Positions 14,385 through 26,350 of a stretch of DNA of 64,000 bases are shown one piece after another (position 1 is the stretch's first letter; the number at the start of each line of letters is the position of its first letter). Below the pieces are notes generated by a model. It searched no databases. It was not told the origin of the DNA and saw nothing but the letters and a program-made list of their open reading frames with translations. The stretch covers positions 37,264,001 to 37,328,000 of the forward strand of contig CM052818.1 of assembly GCA_028534125.1 (NCBI GenBank), read 5' to 3'. The translations under genes and the position numbers were made by a program. The DNA comes from Lama glama (lineage: Eukaryota).

Positions 14385-14530
14385 ATTAATGCTCTTGGGG
14401 TGTGAAAGTATCCAACATTATCTGCATGGGCCCAGTATATTCACAAGGATACTATAAGTATGAGTCAAAAAAGGTGTGATGAAGGAAGCAATGGTAAGAG
14501 TGATGAGGGGCCATGTGCCAAGAAATGTCT
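14385..14530 (+). mobile_element. MLT1 (ERVL-MaLR) LTR fragment
   Basis: ATTATCTGCATGGGCCCAGTATATTCACAAGG...GTGATGAAGGAAGC...GGGGCCATGTGCCAAGAAATG resembles MLT1 LTR. Confidence 0.7.
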
Positions 14531-15830
14531 TATCTACTGTTAAACCCCTCTATTGGCTTCTCATTAACAATTTTATTTTTTAGTTCTAAAAGTACTTTTG
14601 AAGATTTATTTGAAGGTTTAGATTTATATTTTCAATCTTGTCATCTATTTTCTTGACCTTATAATACTGGCTTGTTGAATATTACTTATTTTAAAGTCCA
14701 TATTTGATAACCTCAATAACTTGGTCACCTATGGATCCACTTTATTATCTGTTTTATCTTCTGTTGGTTGATCCTACTTCTTGTTATACTACTTCTTGTT
14801 TGATTGAGCACAAGACACTGTATTAAAAAATTATAGTTTCTGGCTGACATTATCTTCCTTTGGTGATGATTCTCTTTGTTGATACCTGGCAGACAGCTAT
14901 CGCAGATCATCTCTAATCTGGACCTTAGCTCTTTAAGGGCTGATGCCTTTACTGTCAGACTCAGACTAGAATGGACCATCCCAGTTGTAATGTCAAGCTC
15001 TCCAGAGGCGCCAACATAGAGACTGGGCTGTTTGCTAAGATCCCCCCCACCAGGAAACTCTGATTTTTATCTCTTCTGTACCTTGTGACTTGGTCATTCT
15101 GTTCAGTTATTCAGTTTATTTTTTTCTATCTGCTTGGTTTCTTAGCCTCTTACTCTGTATACCTTAAGGATTTGGCAAATATTTCAAGAATCTAAATGCT
15201 TGGTTATCAGTCAGAGTGATTTTGCTCCTCAAGGGACATTGGATAGTGTCTGGAGATAGTTTTGGTTCTCACAACTCTGGAGGTGGGAGGTAGGGGGTGG
15301 GTTTTTATTGACATCTAACGTGTAGAGGCCAGGGATGCTGCTAGGTAGTCTACAATGCTCAGGAAGCCTCCTATGATCAAGAATTATGTGGCCCAACATA
15401 TCAGTAGTATAGAGGATGAGAAACCCTGGTCTAAACCACTGAGTGTGAAGCTTAATTTTCCCTCTGTCTCTTCTCTCATAGACTTATTTCCTTCAGACTT
15501 GATTGCTTTGGCAACTGCAAAACTTCCTATTTTTTTTTTTAAATTCTCAGCCTTGTGAGGTATTGAATATCTTTGCTAGTTTTCTGTCTTGTAGCAGTGA
15601 GTCTCTGCCAAGTATCTCAGCTTCACCTTCTGTGCCAAGAATAGACATGTCCCTGGGGGTAAACATGGCTTCCAGAAAGTTGTGCTCACTTCAGTGTGCC
15701 TCCTTTCCCTTAGGATCAGGCCTCCCAAGTCCAGACTGGTTTCTTATAACTCGGAGTCTCCACCAAAGTTCTAAAATTTTTGTCTAGCTTTTTCCAGTTG
15801 TTCTTGAGCAGAGTATGGGCCTTTTAGAGC
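14530..15830 (-). mobile_element. degraded old L1 5'/ORF1-region fragments, interrupted by MER20
   Basis: T-rich antisense L1-like motifs (CTACTGTTAAACCCCTCTATTG, ATACTTATTTTAAAGTCC, CTAGCTTTTCCAGTTGTTC); highly diverged. Confidence 0.5.
15198..15428 (+). mobile_element. MER20 hAT-Charlie DNA transposon
   Basis: GTAGAGGCCAGGGATGCTGCTA...AAGAATTATGTGGCCCAA...GAGAAACCCTG matches recalled MER20; imperfect 8-bp TSD ATCTAAAT/GTCTAAAC. Confidence 0.92.
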
Positions 15831-16339
15831 TTGAGGCCATAGTCCTCTTAGCTGATGAGAAAGCAAGATGTGGTAGACAGAAGTTCAGCTCAGAGGAATA
15901 ACCATGGAGAAGAGAACCATATTAGATTGGAGACAGGAGGCAGGCTCAGTGTCTCTTTCACAGTCAGTAAAAAAGAGGCTGGAGAAAAGCTTTTTGCCAA
16001 AAATCTGCTTTATCCATGGCTTTAGAGGAAGCTGTGGGCTAGAGAGGGAAGAAGGAAAAAGAAAAAAGCCTCAAAACAAGAAAACCAGAAAAGCCACCAG
16101 CTAAATCTGTAATATTCTCAAGCATCACTGTGAACCAAAGCCCTGGCATGCCATTTAAAACCTAGTTCTGGGGCCTGGCAAGCGGCAAACTCAGACTTTG
16201 TACATTGAGGAGACTGAGTACAGAGGGAGGGGGTCCCTGCTCCTGATATGAGCTGCAGATACAATACTTAACCACACGAAGAAGTCACATGTTCCGAAAG
16301 AAGGCTCACATCACTAAAAATTCCAACATCAATTCATTC

Positions 16340-18215
16340 TTGTGAAATTAGTTTAATATTATTTTAAATAATTAATACAAGTGTGTTTAGGATGTCAAAA
16401 GAGAAATAATTTGATAACATCCATTAAAATGAAGGGATTATGATAAAAATAAACTGAAAAAATGTGAAAGGGTTAAATTGAAATCTTGGAATTTATGAAA
16501 TTTGAAATTAAAGAATGTAATAGATTAGAGAACATGTGGGAAGGACCCAAAGGAACAAGAGTCCTTTGAAGAGTATAGTCTTCCCAGAATCAAGTAGTGA
16601 CAGGAAAAAAGTGAAAACTGGAAAATCATTAAGTTCGTGGATGGTAGATTAGTACACTCCACTGTATGTTTAGCAGGAATTCTGGAAGAAAAGATAGATG
16701 TAATGGTAGAGAAGCAATATGGAAAGACATAATAGGTGAGATTTTTCAGATTTTAAGAATTTCTAAGTCCTTAGAAAATACACAACAAATGCCATATGGG
16801 AAAAACAAAAACAAATTCACACTGTGGCATGTAGGAGTGAAACTGTTCAACATGAAAGGGAAAGAAAAACCTTAGAAGCTAGCAGAGAGAAAAGATGGAT
16901 TACCTATGCATAAGTTGTAATTTGACTGCAGGCAGATATCACCCAGAAGAATTTCCAGAAGGCAATAGAATCATATATTCAAAATCTTGAGGGAAACTCA
17001 CTGTTAACCGAGACACTCAGCGAAGTCTCCATTCCTGAGTGAGGGTAAAGACATTTTTCAGTTATGCAAAGACTGTTACCATTTACAGAATAATTTCAAA
17101 AGATTTATAATATATGCACTTCAGGTAGAGGAGATGTGGACTCAGAACATTGAAAGCCAACAAAAGTGAGCACAGAAAAAATAAAACTATGTCTGTCAAT
17201 GAAAAAAAATTGTGTTCAAAAAAGTAAAGCTAAAAATATAGACAGCAATAACATAATGGGAGTGCTATGCATTTTTAAGACTTGCTAAGATTTTTGACAA
17301 GTTTTGCAAGGGACAAAAAACATTGAATAACTTCAGACTTTATTAGAAAAATGTGTAGTTAAATTTCGGTAAAGTTTGAAGATTAGGTATGCAATTTATA
17401 TCTTCAAATCAGTGGAGAAAAATAGGTTATAGAAATCTTTATTAGTCTAAAAGAAATCAGGAACAATAAAAAAACAAATGATGAATCAGTTTAAAAGTTC
17501 CCTATGATATATAATTTATTTAAGAAAATAAAAAAGAAATATTCACATAACTATGAGACTTTTACAACTTTTATACCAAAACAAGAAAAGGCCAGTACAA
17601 GAAAAAAAGTAGACCAGTTTCACTTTTGGTTATAGATCCAAAAGTCTCCAATAAATGCCAAGGAATAGACTTCAGTATTAATATCCTAATTAATAACGAA
17701 CTATGACAAAATAGATTTTATGTCAATAATGTGAGGTCACCTCAATGTTAGAAACTACCTTAGTGGTAAAAAATCAATATCAAGCACTGGCAAGCAAACA
17801 TAGAAGTTCTTTGGAAAAAAAACTTTGTTCTATAACTGAAATAATTGCTACGAATAGTTTTTTTTTTATGAAAAAGCACAGTACAGTCAAAGTAACCAAG
17901 CATCAAAGAAAGAAAAAGTATCATGAGGGTTTGCTGTAGGCATGCAAGATTATTTTAATATTAGAACAGTCAGTCAGTGTAATTTATTACATTTAAATAA
18001 ACTAATGACAATTCATACCGAATCAAAGAGGCATATTTAAACTTTACATCTGGTTTTTAAAATAACTTAGGGAATTAGGAATAGAATTTCTGGTTAAAAT
18101 TAACAGTGGTGGAATCTATCATTAGATTCTTAGATTTCAAACAATCTACACGAAACATACTGCTTAATGGTGAAGTGTTGCAAGTTTCCCTGTGAGACTG
18201 GGGAACAATGTGCAG
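16340..18215 (+). mobile_element. old L1/HAL1-like ORF1 relic followed by ORF2 fragments
   Basis: ORF 16666-16875 (EAIWKDIIGEIFQIL..NKFTLWHVGVKLFNMKGKEK) resembles L1 ORF1p; downstream A-rich ORF2-like motifs (AGACCAGTTTCACTT, CATACTGCTTAATGGTGAA). Confidence 0.75.
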
Positions 18216-18224
18216 TGTTTCCCA

Positions 18225-18790
18225 TCATTTCTCACTTGGATTACTACAACATTCTTATACCGTCTCCCTAAGAACAATGTAAAACATCTGTCAGATTGTG
18301 ACAGTCTCAGCTCAGATCCCTAATGGCTTTGCATTGCAAAGTGGGGTCCCTACATGATCTGGCTCTGTTACCTCTCCTATTATTTCTTACCCCTAGTCAT
18401 GTTGTTTTAACCCACCCCCCAATCTCCAGCCTCCCTGGTATTTCTTAAACATGCCAGACACTCTCCTGCCTCGGGGCCTTTGCACCTGCCATTTCCTCTG
18501 CCTGGAAAGTTCTTCTACCAGATATCTAGCTACCTATCTTGCACTACCTTTAATTTTTTTCCGTTGTCGTTTTCTTTAAAGGGTCACCTTGACTCCTGTA
18601 TTTAATACTGTAGCCCCCACTTGTGGCTTCCCCTAACCTGACCTATATTTTCCTGTTCCCTTGGAACTTACCACCATATAACTATTGAATAACATTTGTT
18701 ACAAGTATTAGGTATCATTTGTTTTTCTCAGCCACAATGGAAGTTATACCAGGGCTGGGATTGTGTCTGTTTTATATCCCAAATTATGTG
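18225..18790 (+). mobile_element. L2 LINE 3' fragment
   Basis: CCTGCCTCGGGGCCTTTGCACCTGCCATTTCCTCTGCCTGGAA is a hallmark L2 segment. Confidence 0.88.
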
Positions 18791-19474
18791 CAAAAACTAG
18801 ATAAATTTAGAAGTGTATTTTAAGGAAAAAAATGTTTGGTGACCTTGGGTCTTTTGGATTAATTACCTGTATTCTAAAATGTATATATACATATATACAT
18901 TAGTAGTCTCTAGTAACTTAAAATACCCTTTTCTCCCAGAAGAACTTGAAGATATTTGTAAGAAACACAGTATCTGATACTACTTGTATATGTTCGAAAC
19001 TGAGAGGCTGCTTTCTCAACACTGTTTTCAACTGGAAGGCTAATCAGTCAATGTTTGATTGATTTTAAACACTAAACACACAGTTTCATGGGGCAGAAAC
19101 CATTAAATTACTCACTCTGCTAAGTGGATACTCAACATACATACATGTATACATAATATGTACATACATATAAATCTATGTGACACACCTATATGTACAT
19201 GCCTAATATCTCTATGCATGCGTTCACTGACATGGTTATGAATTTTTATGTCGCTGGAGATATTTGGATTCTAGTCTTATAACTGCCATTTACTACATTC
19301 AGTACTGAAGGGAGAGTCACTTAGCCTTTTGAGTGTCATTTTTCTCATTTGTGGTCGAGAATAAACTGGGTAAGCTTTAATGATTTGATCTACCCAGTTG
19401 TTCTCCCTGTTTGCTCCCTTGTTTCTGTGTTTACTTGTGTCTGTTGGCTTTGGTGGACTTTGGAGCTGTATGCA

Positions 19475-19650
19475 CAAGAGCTTCATCACTGCTTGGGTCT
19501 GAATCTCAGGTCTATGAATTAGCAGTTTCACGACCTTGAGACGAACACTTAGCCCTTCTTGGTCTCCCTTTCCTCATCTGCACAATAGAGAGATTAATAG
19601 CAAGTTCATAGGCGTAAAGCCCTTAGAACAATGGTACACACCAAGTGCCA
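19475..19650 (+). mobile_element. MIR SINE
   Basis: GGGTCTGAATCTCAG..GACCTTGAG..TTTCCTCATCTGCACAATAG..GTAAAGCCCTTAGAACA. Confidence 0.8.
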
Positions 19651-19984
19651 GATACATACATTTTCCTTCTTTTTATTTTGTGAGGGAGTAAAGATGGGGA
19701 CTGGGAAAAATAAGTGAGAGAGTCTGTAAATTAAGTTGCCCACATGCACCTTCTCAGACAAGCCCAGCTACTGTGTCTGCAGCACATCCTGCTGTTGCGG
19801 CATCTGTGTCTTCCCGCGCGATGTCCTCCCTACCCGGAAACTTTCCTCGTTTGGGGGTAAGTCCTGTCATTGTTCGAGGCTCACCCCTGGGCTTACTCCC
19901 TCTGAGCATCTGCCCTGCCCCTCCTCTGCCTCATGTGCAACATGTGTCCATAAATACAAACAAAAACTGAGTATCCAAATTTAA

Positions 19985-20235
19985 CATATACTTACTGGAT
20001 TTTCGCTCTGAATTCTGCATTATGCTAATAACTTTATTTGTATCATCAAGTTTAATCCCTCTCAACGATGCTGTGAGGTATTAGGTGTGTTATTTCCAAT
20101 ATTTACAAGGGAGAACGCTGACATTCAGAGACAAATATTGACTTCTCCAGATTCTCAGAAACAGTAAGCGGTGGAGTTGGAATCATGCCATTTGGTTTCT
20201 TTAAGCCACAGCCTTTTTGTCTTGAACTGTGATAG
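19985..20235 (-). mobile_element. MIR SINE
   Basis: TTTAATCCCTCTCAACGATGCTGTGAGGTA..TTTACAAGGGAGAACGCTGAC..AGTAAGCGGTGGAG. Confidence 0.75.
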
Positions 20236-20615
20236 CTGATTAAGTTGTCGGTCTCTTCACCTACATTAGAGGCCTATTTTGGAAGAAATTGTATCATTTA
20301 GGTTTCATATACCCGGTGCCTAGAACAATTTCTCATAAAAGGTAGGCATTAGGTAACTGTAGGTTGATTGAAAAAATAGATGAACAAATAGTTGCTGAAG
20401 GAGCTGGCAAGAAATTGGAACATATGGTAATTCGGAACCAAACTGAGGAGGGCTTTTTACAATACACCGTGAGCTTCATCCTAGAGATTTTTAGGTGCTA
20501 AAATGGCATTTGATGTTGAAGAATAACATATCAAGATGCACATTTTCAAATGATACCATGGCAGGTGAATTTGGAGGAAAGAAAAACGAGAGACCAAAAG
20601 AGCTTTATGGAGGGT

Positions 20616-21196
20616 TGTTGCAGTTAATGAGAAACAGACCACTGGCCAGCAGGAATGACGGCAAATTACCTTACTCAGTAGCTTAAAGCATGAGTCCGGA
20701 GTCTGGGCGAGGCTTAGCTGGGTCTCCTGCTCTGGAGCCCACAGGCTGAAATCCAGGTGTCGGCCAGGCTCTGTTCTCAAAACTCAGAGTTCTTGTCCAA
20801 GCTCATGGGGTTGTTGGCAGAATTCAGATCAGAATACGGACCGAGGTCCCCACTGTCTTGCTGGCTGTCACCTGGGGGCTGCTTTCAGTTCTGTAGGCTG
20901 TCTACAGTTCCTTACCCTGTGGCCTTCTCATAACAGGGCAGCTGACTTCTTCAAACCCAGTGGGAGACTCTCTCAGTTCGGATTGCTGAGTCCTATATAA
21001 CATAATATAACCATGAAGGGCTACCCCATCACCTTCAACCTGTTTTCTCATCTAGGAGCTATCTCAAGTTCTGCCTGCACTCAGGGGGAGGAAACTGCCC
21101 AGGGTGTCACTCACTGTGGCTCGCCTCAGGGAACTTGGGCCACAGGACTCATTTTAAGTTCAGACATTGAGGTGCAAGGGTTGGCTGTCTACCACA
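20616..21196 (-). mobile_element. MLT1 (ERVL-MaLR) solo LTR
   Basis: GGCTTAGCTGGGTC, CACAGGCTGAAATCCAGGTGTCGGCCAGG and GTTGTTGGCAGAATTCAG are present; ends CTGTCTACCACA, the reverse complement of the MLT1 start TGTGGTAGACAG. Confidence 0.85.
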
Positions 21197-21214
21197 CCAG
21201 CAGCAAGGAAGTGA

Positions 21215-21405
21215 AGTAGAGAGGTTAAGATGGGAGACTCCAAAGCCAGACTGCCTAGGCTCTGTATGGGCAGGTGCTCTGGGCTCGCTGTGCTTTACCT
21301 TCCTTATCTGTAAATGAGGACAACAAAGCATTGCTATTAAGTGAGGGAGTGCTTGTGAAGAAACTAGAACTTGGTAAGCGCTCATTATATGTTCACAGCA
21401 TTACT
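21215..21405 (+). mobile_element. MIR SINE
   Basis: GAGGTTAAGA..CCAAAGCCAGACTGCCTAGG..TTCCTTATCTGTAAATGAGG..GTAAGCGCTCA. Confidence 0.85.
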
Positions 21406-21411
21406 ATATAT

Positions 21412-21882
21412 TGACTGAGATGGCCTTAACGTTTCCTTCAGCTTGACTAAGCTTCAGATTGGCCCTTAATCTCCCTTTCCTTAGAGCATGTAGTTTAGAA
21501 AAACTGCAATTGTCAATTCTCCCAGCCTCTTGCCAATTTTATAACCCATGAATGATTTTCTCAAAGACCTGGGAGACAACCTTTGAGATGTTATCAAAAA
21601 AGATAGCACCCCTATCTCCCAGTCTCTGTGGGAGGGTAGGACCCTAACTTTGATAAGAGACTATGAGCAAACACAGATGGCTCAGTCAGATTAGCCAACC
21701 CCCCGCCCCAACTTCCTCTAGTGCTTTTTTTCACTAACTCAACCCAGTGCCTAAAAGCTTCCCATCTATTTGACACTGAAGAATTTCATTTCAGTGGCAT
21801 TGAGTTCAGTCTGTCTCCTATTGCAGTAGTCTTACACAAAGTATTCCTTTTCTATTGAACTCTGTCTGGTACAACTTTGACA
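21412..21882 (+). mobile_element. ERV1 solo LTR, MER31-like
   Basis: TG...CA termini, near-TSD ATAT/GTAT; CAGCTTGACTAA, CCCTATCTCCCAGTCTCTGTGGGAGGGTAGG match recalled MER31-group LTRs. Confidence 0.8.
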
Positions 21883-22752
21883 GTATCACAGCAGTCCACG
21901 TGGTAACCCTCCTTTTGTGATCCAGCTCATGCGTAGCAGGTTTGGAATATGGTCAGTAGGCAAAGAAGAAAATCGATGGTTTTTGACATCCTACCTCCCT
22001 TTTCTCTGCCTGTTTTCCCTGAGTGACTGTTGCCCTCATGGACATTAAGACCCTTCATGTAACGCCCACACTCTAGACGTACTGTTCCCTTCCCAACTTG
22101 GTCCACATAACATCTGTCATATAATAAAGGATGTCACACAAAAACTTCTCAGGGAGGTAAATAGCAGACGATAATTCCTCATGTTGTATCTTCCAGGAGA
22201 ATTTACATTTTTAACAAGAGGACTTTCTCAAAATAATTTTCTCGAATCGTGGACATTTATCACTAATTCCAAACCTGGGGTAAGAGGCATTATTAGACAC
22301 TTGCACTTTCTAGAAACTTGCGATTAACTGAACAAATTGCAACTCATTTAGCTTACACATAGGCCTTGGTTTGTAGAAACAGACAGAGTATATATTTACA
22401 CAGAGAAGAAAAGAAGGAGCAGATCCACGGCGACACAGAGAGCAATCCACATCCAAGTTACATGGGCAAAATTAAATAATGACTCGTTAGCTCATTTCTC
22501 TAGCTAAGAAACAAATAAAATGGGATGTATCTTCATTTATAATTTTCAAAAAGTTTTAAAATAATTCAGTAAGTCTGATGTATAAACGTCACAGAAGCTG
22601 CTTCATCAGGTATAAGCAGAAATCTTACCAGCTTAATACATGTCCGTCCAGGGAGGGTTGCTCATTCTCAGTGGTGAGTAATAACTTCAAAGGATACTAA
22701 TGTAATAAATAAATCTCTAACTGAGGCACTATAGGACCATATATCACAAACC

Positions 22753-22780
22753 TGTGTGTGTGTGTGTGTGTGCGTGTGTG
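22753..22780. repeat. (TG)n microsatellite
   Basis: direct read. Confidence 0.95.
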
Positions 22781-23931
22781 GCGTTGGGGATAGTGTTCGG
22801 AGTACACGATATAACAGGGTCGATTTGTATCAGATCTTTCAGACTCAGGAGGTGTGCAGAACCCATGGGAGGACATTCTGTTAACTGAACAGAATATTAA
22901 TATTTCAGCACATAGCATCTGCATTTTCGGAGAAAATGTTGATTCCGAGTGACTTCTGATTTTAGAAACTCCGTTTGACTCCTTGCACTTGTAAAATTCT
23001 AAATACTGGCTCCCTTACCAGAGAATGCTGCTTTTAGGGGCTTGTTTTTGGGAAACTAGAAATTCTATTTCTAGAATGAGGAATCTAGTAAAATCAGCTG
23101 TAGACTCATCAAGATTTTATCTTGATTTTAATGTTTTTAAGCTTTAATATAGTAAGATAAGTGGGCGATTTGAAAAATGAAAATAAATTGAAGAAGCAAA
23201 AATCCAAATGAGGCAAAAAAAAAACCTCACATTTCTTTTCAAAACAAAAAAAAATGATGTTTTCTTTATTTGTCTTCTAGATGGTGTCAGAGGAATTTTT
23301 GGACATTCAGGTGACTTGTTCTTACAAAACCAGGCTTTCTGGCTGTTCTGGAGGCCTGGGATTTGGAGCGCAGAGACAGGTTGTGACCTCACCCGTGGGT
23401 GTCACACAAGTTTCAGGATACTAAGACTTGAGAGTTCTGAGTAAAGCTCTTCTCTTGCTAAGGGTTATGCTGTTGCTTCGGAGGACAGAAGTACTGGGGA
23501 GAAGAGAGTTGTTTCGGGGGGCAGAGCGAGTTAAGAAGCATGTTAGGCATTGTTCCACTAAAGGAGACCTTGGGAGCAAATGCCAGCTCCTTGAATCTCC
23601 TCGCACTTTCATGCAGGAGACAATGTCAGGGGTAAATGACGTGGAAACTCAACCACGGTGAAGTACTTCAGGCAGTCGCTCTAGAATTAAGCTGGTCACT
23701 TATAGATCTAGGAGTCAACCTTTTCAATCTGTAGGGAGCAGCCAAGATCATGACCTACAACCAAGGCAGGAGGGAAGGCTGAACTTGAATAAAAGGAAAA
23801 GTGCTGTGAGATAGGCAGCCTCTTCCTTTATTAAACAGAGAGGCTGGGGCAGGAAATTAGATGCCAGGTTACTGTGGACATAGATTTTTGATACATTTCA
23901 AAAGGCCTGGACTTGACTTCCTGGAATTATT

Positions 23932-23943
23932 CACACACACGCA

Positions 23944-23989
<46 letters not shown>
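23932..23989. repeat. (CA)n microsatellite with CG interruptions
   Basis: direct read. Confidence 0.95.
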
Positions 23990-23990
<1 letters not shown>

Positions 23991-25129
23991 CCTCTTTCAC
24001 ACAGTACCAGCAGGGAGAAGCGTGAGGCGTGCACAGTTGGCCCCATCCCACAGAACATCCTCTCTTACTCTCAGTCAGTCTATGAAGTCTTCAAGCAGAG
24101 CCTCCCTCTTGGGTTGTCCGTCCTAGGGCTCTGCACAGAGTAGGGGTCCCCCTCACCCTTACGTGGTCCTTTGCTGATGGGGCCCAGAAGTGCACAGACA
24201 GGAAGGGTGAGAGCAATGATGTCTTGGCTGTTGAACAGAATCGTGTAAATTCATGGTTTCCCAAATGCTCTTCCCTAAGCCTGCTTTTTGACACAGGTGT
24301 TAAGCCTTTAATTTTGCAGAGAGATCAGGGTTGAAGCTCTGATTGAGCTCGGGAGGGAGCACCGAGACAAACCCTCCTAACCCAGAGACGTGAGCCTGGG
24401 AGAGGACAAGGAGAGGACACCGGCAAAGGGGGACAGGGCTTAAGGAGCGAGGATGACTGTAAATGGGCCCTCAGAAGAAAGGAAGGGAAGTGCCCAAGTC
24501 CTCAGCCTCTTTGCCTTTCCTGGGATTTCAGTAGAAAGGCTTAAGTTAGTAAGGAAATCATTTCTGCTCCCGACGTCTCCCCTTGTCCGATGGCATCTTT
24601 CTTTCAGTCTTGTAACATCATCTACACCTCCAGCCATACTGACAGTCTCAAAAGTAAAACATGAAGCATATTTTCCATAACCGGCGGAGAATCAGTATGT
24701 TTCTGTGCACTCTCCCAGTGCACACGCTGCTCTTTGCGATCATCAGGGTATAAAGAAAAACCCTGGGCTGGCTGTGAAGAGCCCGGTTCACGTCATGGAC
24801 CCGCCGTTTCTCCTCCATGCCCCAGTGGGCAGCAGGTTCCAGCACATCCTGTATTTCATTTGAAAGTGGTGTTGGGAGGATATACAGCCTATCCCCGCCT
24901 TGCTAAAGCGTCACATGAAAGGCAGCGTATGTCCTGTGGGCCACAGAACAACTTTCCACTACGGGTGCTGATTTTGTTGTTAGTCTTCCTTGTGTCTGTG
25001 GGGGAGGGGGGAGATGGCAGGAGGAAGGTGTGTGAATGGTCAGTGCCGGCTCTTCCATGGCACTCCCCTCGGGGCGGTGTGCAGAGTGTCTTCTGCCACT
25101 GACTGCTGATGTTTTACTGTGGAAACAAT

Positions 25130-25490
25130 AGGATGTTTTTTAAATCTATACGACACTGCCCAGAATCCTACCATCATAAGTACCACACATATTTTGTTCA
25201 TTTTATATTAACATCTGCTTTTAATTTTCATATATATTCGTATTTTAAATAGATGCAACCATAGGGTGCACATTACATTGTATTTTATCAGATAACATCA
25301 GATGGTAAACATTCCAGCACTCTACTGTGCTTTTTTTCCTAGTCTTCATAATTACTGTTTTCGTTGGAGGTATGATGTGCTATCAAGTTGATAGACTGTA
25401 CTTAATCAACCCTCTCTTACTAGCTGCTTGTATTACTACCATTGCTTTGGCAATGAAACTTGGGGAGGAAGTGCTTTGTGTCCATTTTCA
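25130..25490 (-). mobile_element. old L1 (L1ME-like) 3' fragment
   Basis: ATCTATACGACACTGCCCAGAA..GTACTTAATCAACC..TTATTACTACC; diverged antisense L1M 3' UTR. Confidence 0.5.
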
Positions 25491-25785
25491 AAAATGTGGC
25501 TACGGAGTCTAGCAGCTTGGGAGCCTGCAATGAATGTTGTGGATTTTGGTTCCCAGATTAAGGAGCTGGTGAGCCAGGCTTCAGTCCAAGAGCTGAACAA
25601 TTGGGGTTGAGTCCTGCACACCCCAAATCTTCCTCGCCTTCCTTTCTTTAAATCCCTCTCTGTGAAGAAACTAAAGAGAAAATCAGATCCATTATGCATA
25701 AGATTATATTTTCTCTCTAAGGAATCTAACGTGCTTGAAGGGAAAATTCCCCATAGTGTCAATTTGATTTGACAAAATATGGGGC

Positions 25786-25788
<3 letters not shown>

Positions 25789-25828
<40 letters not shown>

Positions 25829-25854
25829 CACACATATATGTATATATATGTGTG

Positions 25855-25891
<37 letters not shown>

Positions 25892-25902
25892 ACACATACA
25901 TG
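25789..25902. repeat. compound (TA)18/(TG)/(CA)n microsatellite
   Basis: direct read; uninterrupted pyrimidine-purine alternation. Confidence 0.95.
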
Positions 25903-25921
25903 GTGAGACTGCCACCTCTAG

Positions 25922-26350
25922 GCAGTCTGTAATGGTTAAGCTCAAGGACTCTGACTCAAAGATCTGGGGTTACATCTCTGCTCTGTTACATAATGATTGA
26001 ATAGCCACAGAAACTTACTTCATAGTTTTAGGATACAGGCTCCTTAGCTGAAAAAATGTGGAACACCTGAGACAAAGAGGTGACATTGTCGGCACCTCTC
26101 TGGCCTAGAGTCAGCGTGCCATAAAGCATAGTTGTTGTTATTATTATGATTATTCTGTGCAGTCCACGCTAAGCACCTTAGGCAAGTTTTCTTTGTACCT
26201 TCTCTAAGCCTCAATTTCCATATCTATGAAACAGAGCCCAGACTAGGATCTACCTGATGGTGTGTTGCAAAGATTAAAGGAAACCATACCTGTGCATAGC
26301 TCAGACCAGTGCCCAGCCCAAGGCAACCTTTCACAAAGTGTGAGTTGCTT
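25922..26350 (+). mobile_element. two consecutive MIR fragments
   Basis: GTAATGGTTAAGCTCAAGGACTCTGA head; second core CTAAGCCTCAATTTCCATATCTATGAAAC..GTTGCAAAGATTAAA. Confidence 0.75.

Noticed and set aside
25436..26000. ORFs with YIYI/CVCV/THTH runs (also 23869-24143)
   Set aside because: Translations of microsatellites.
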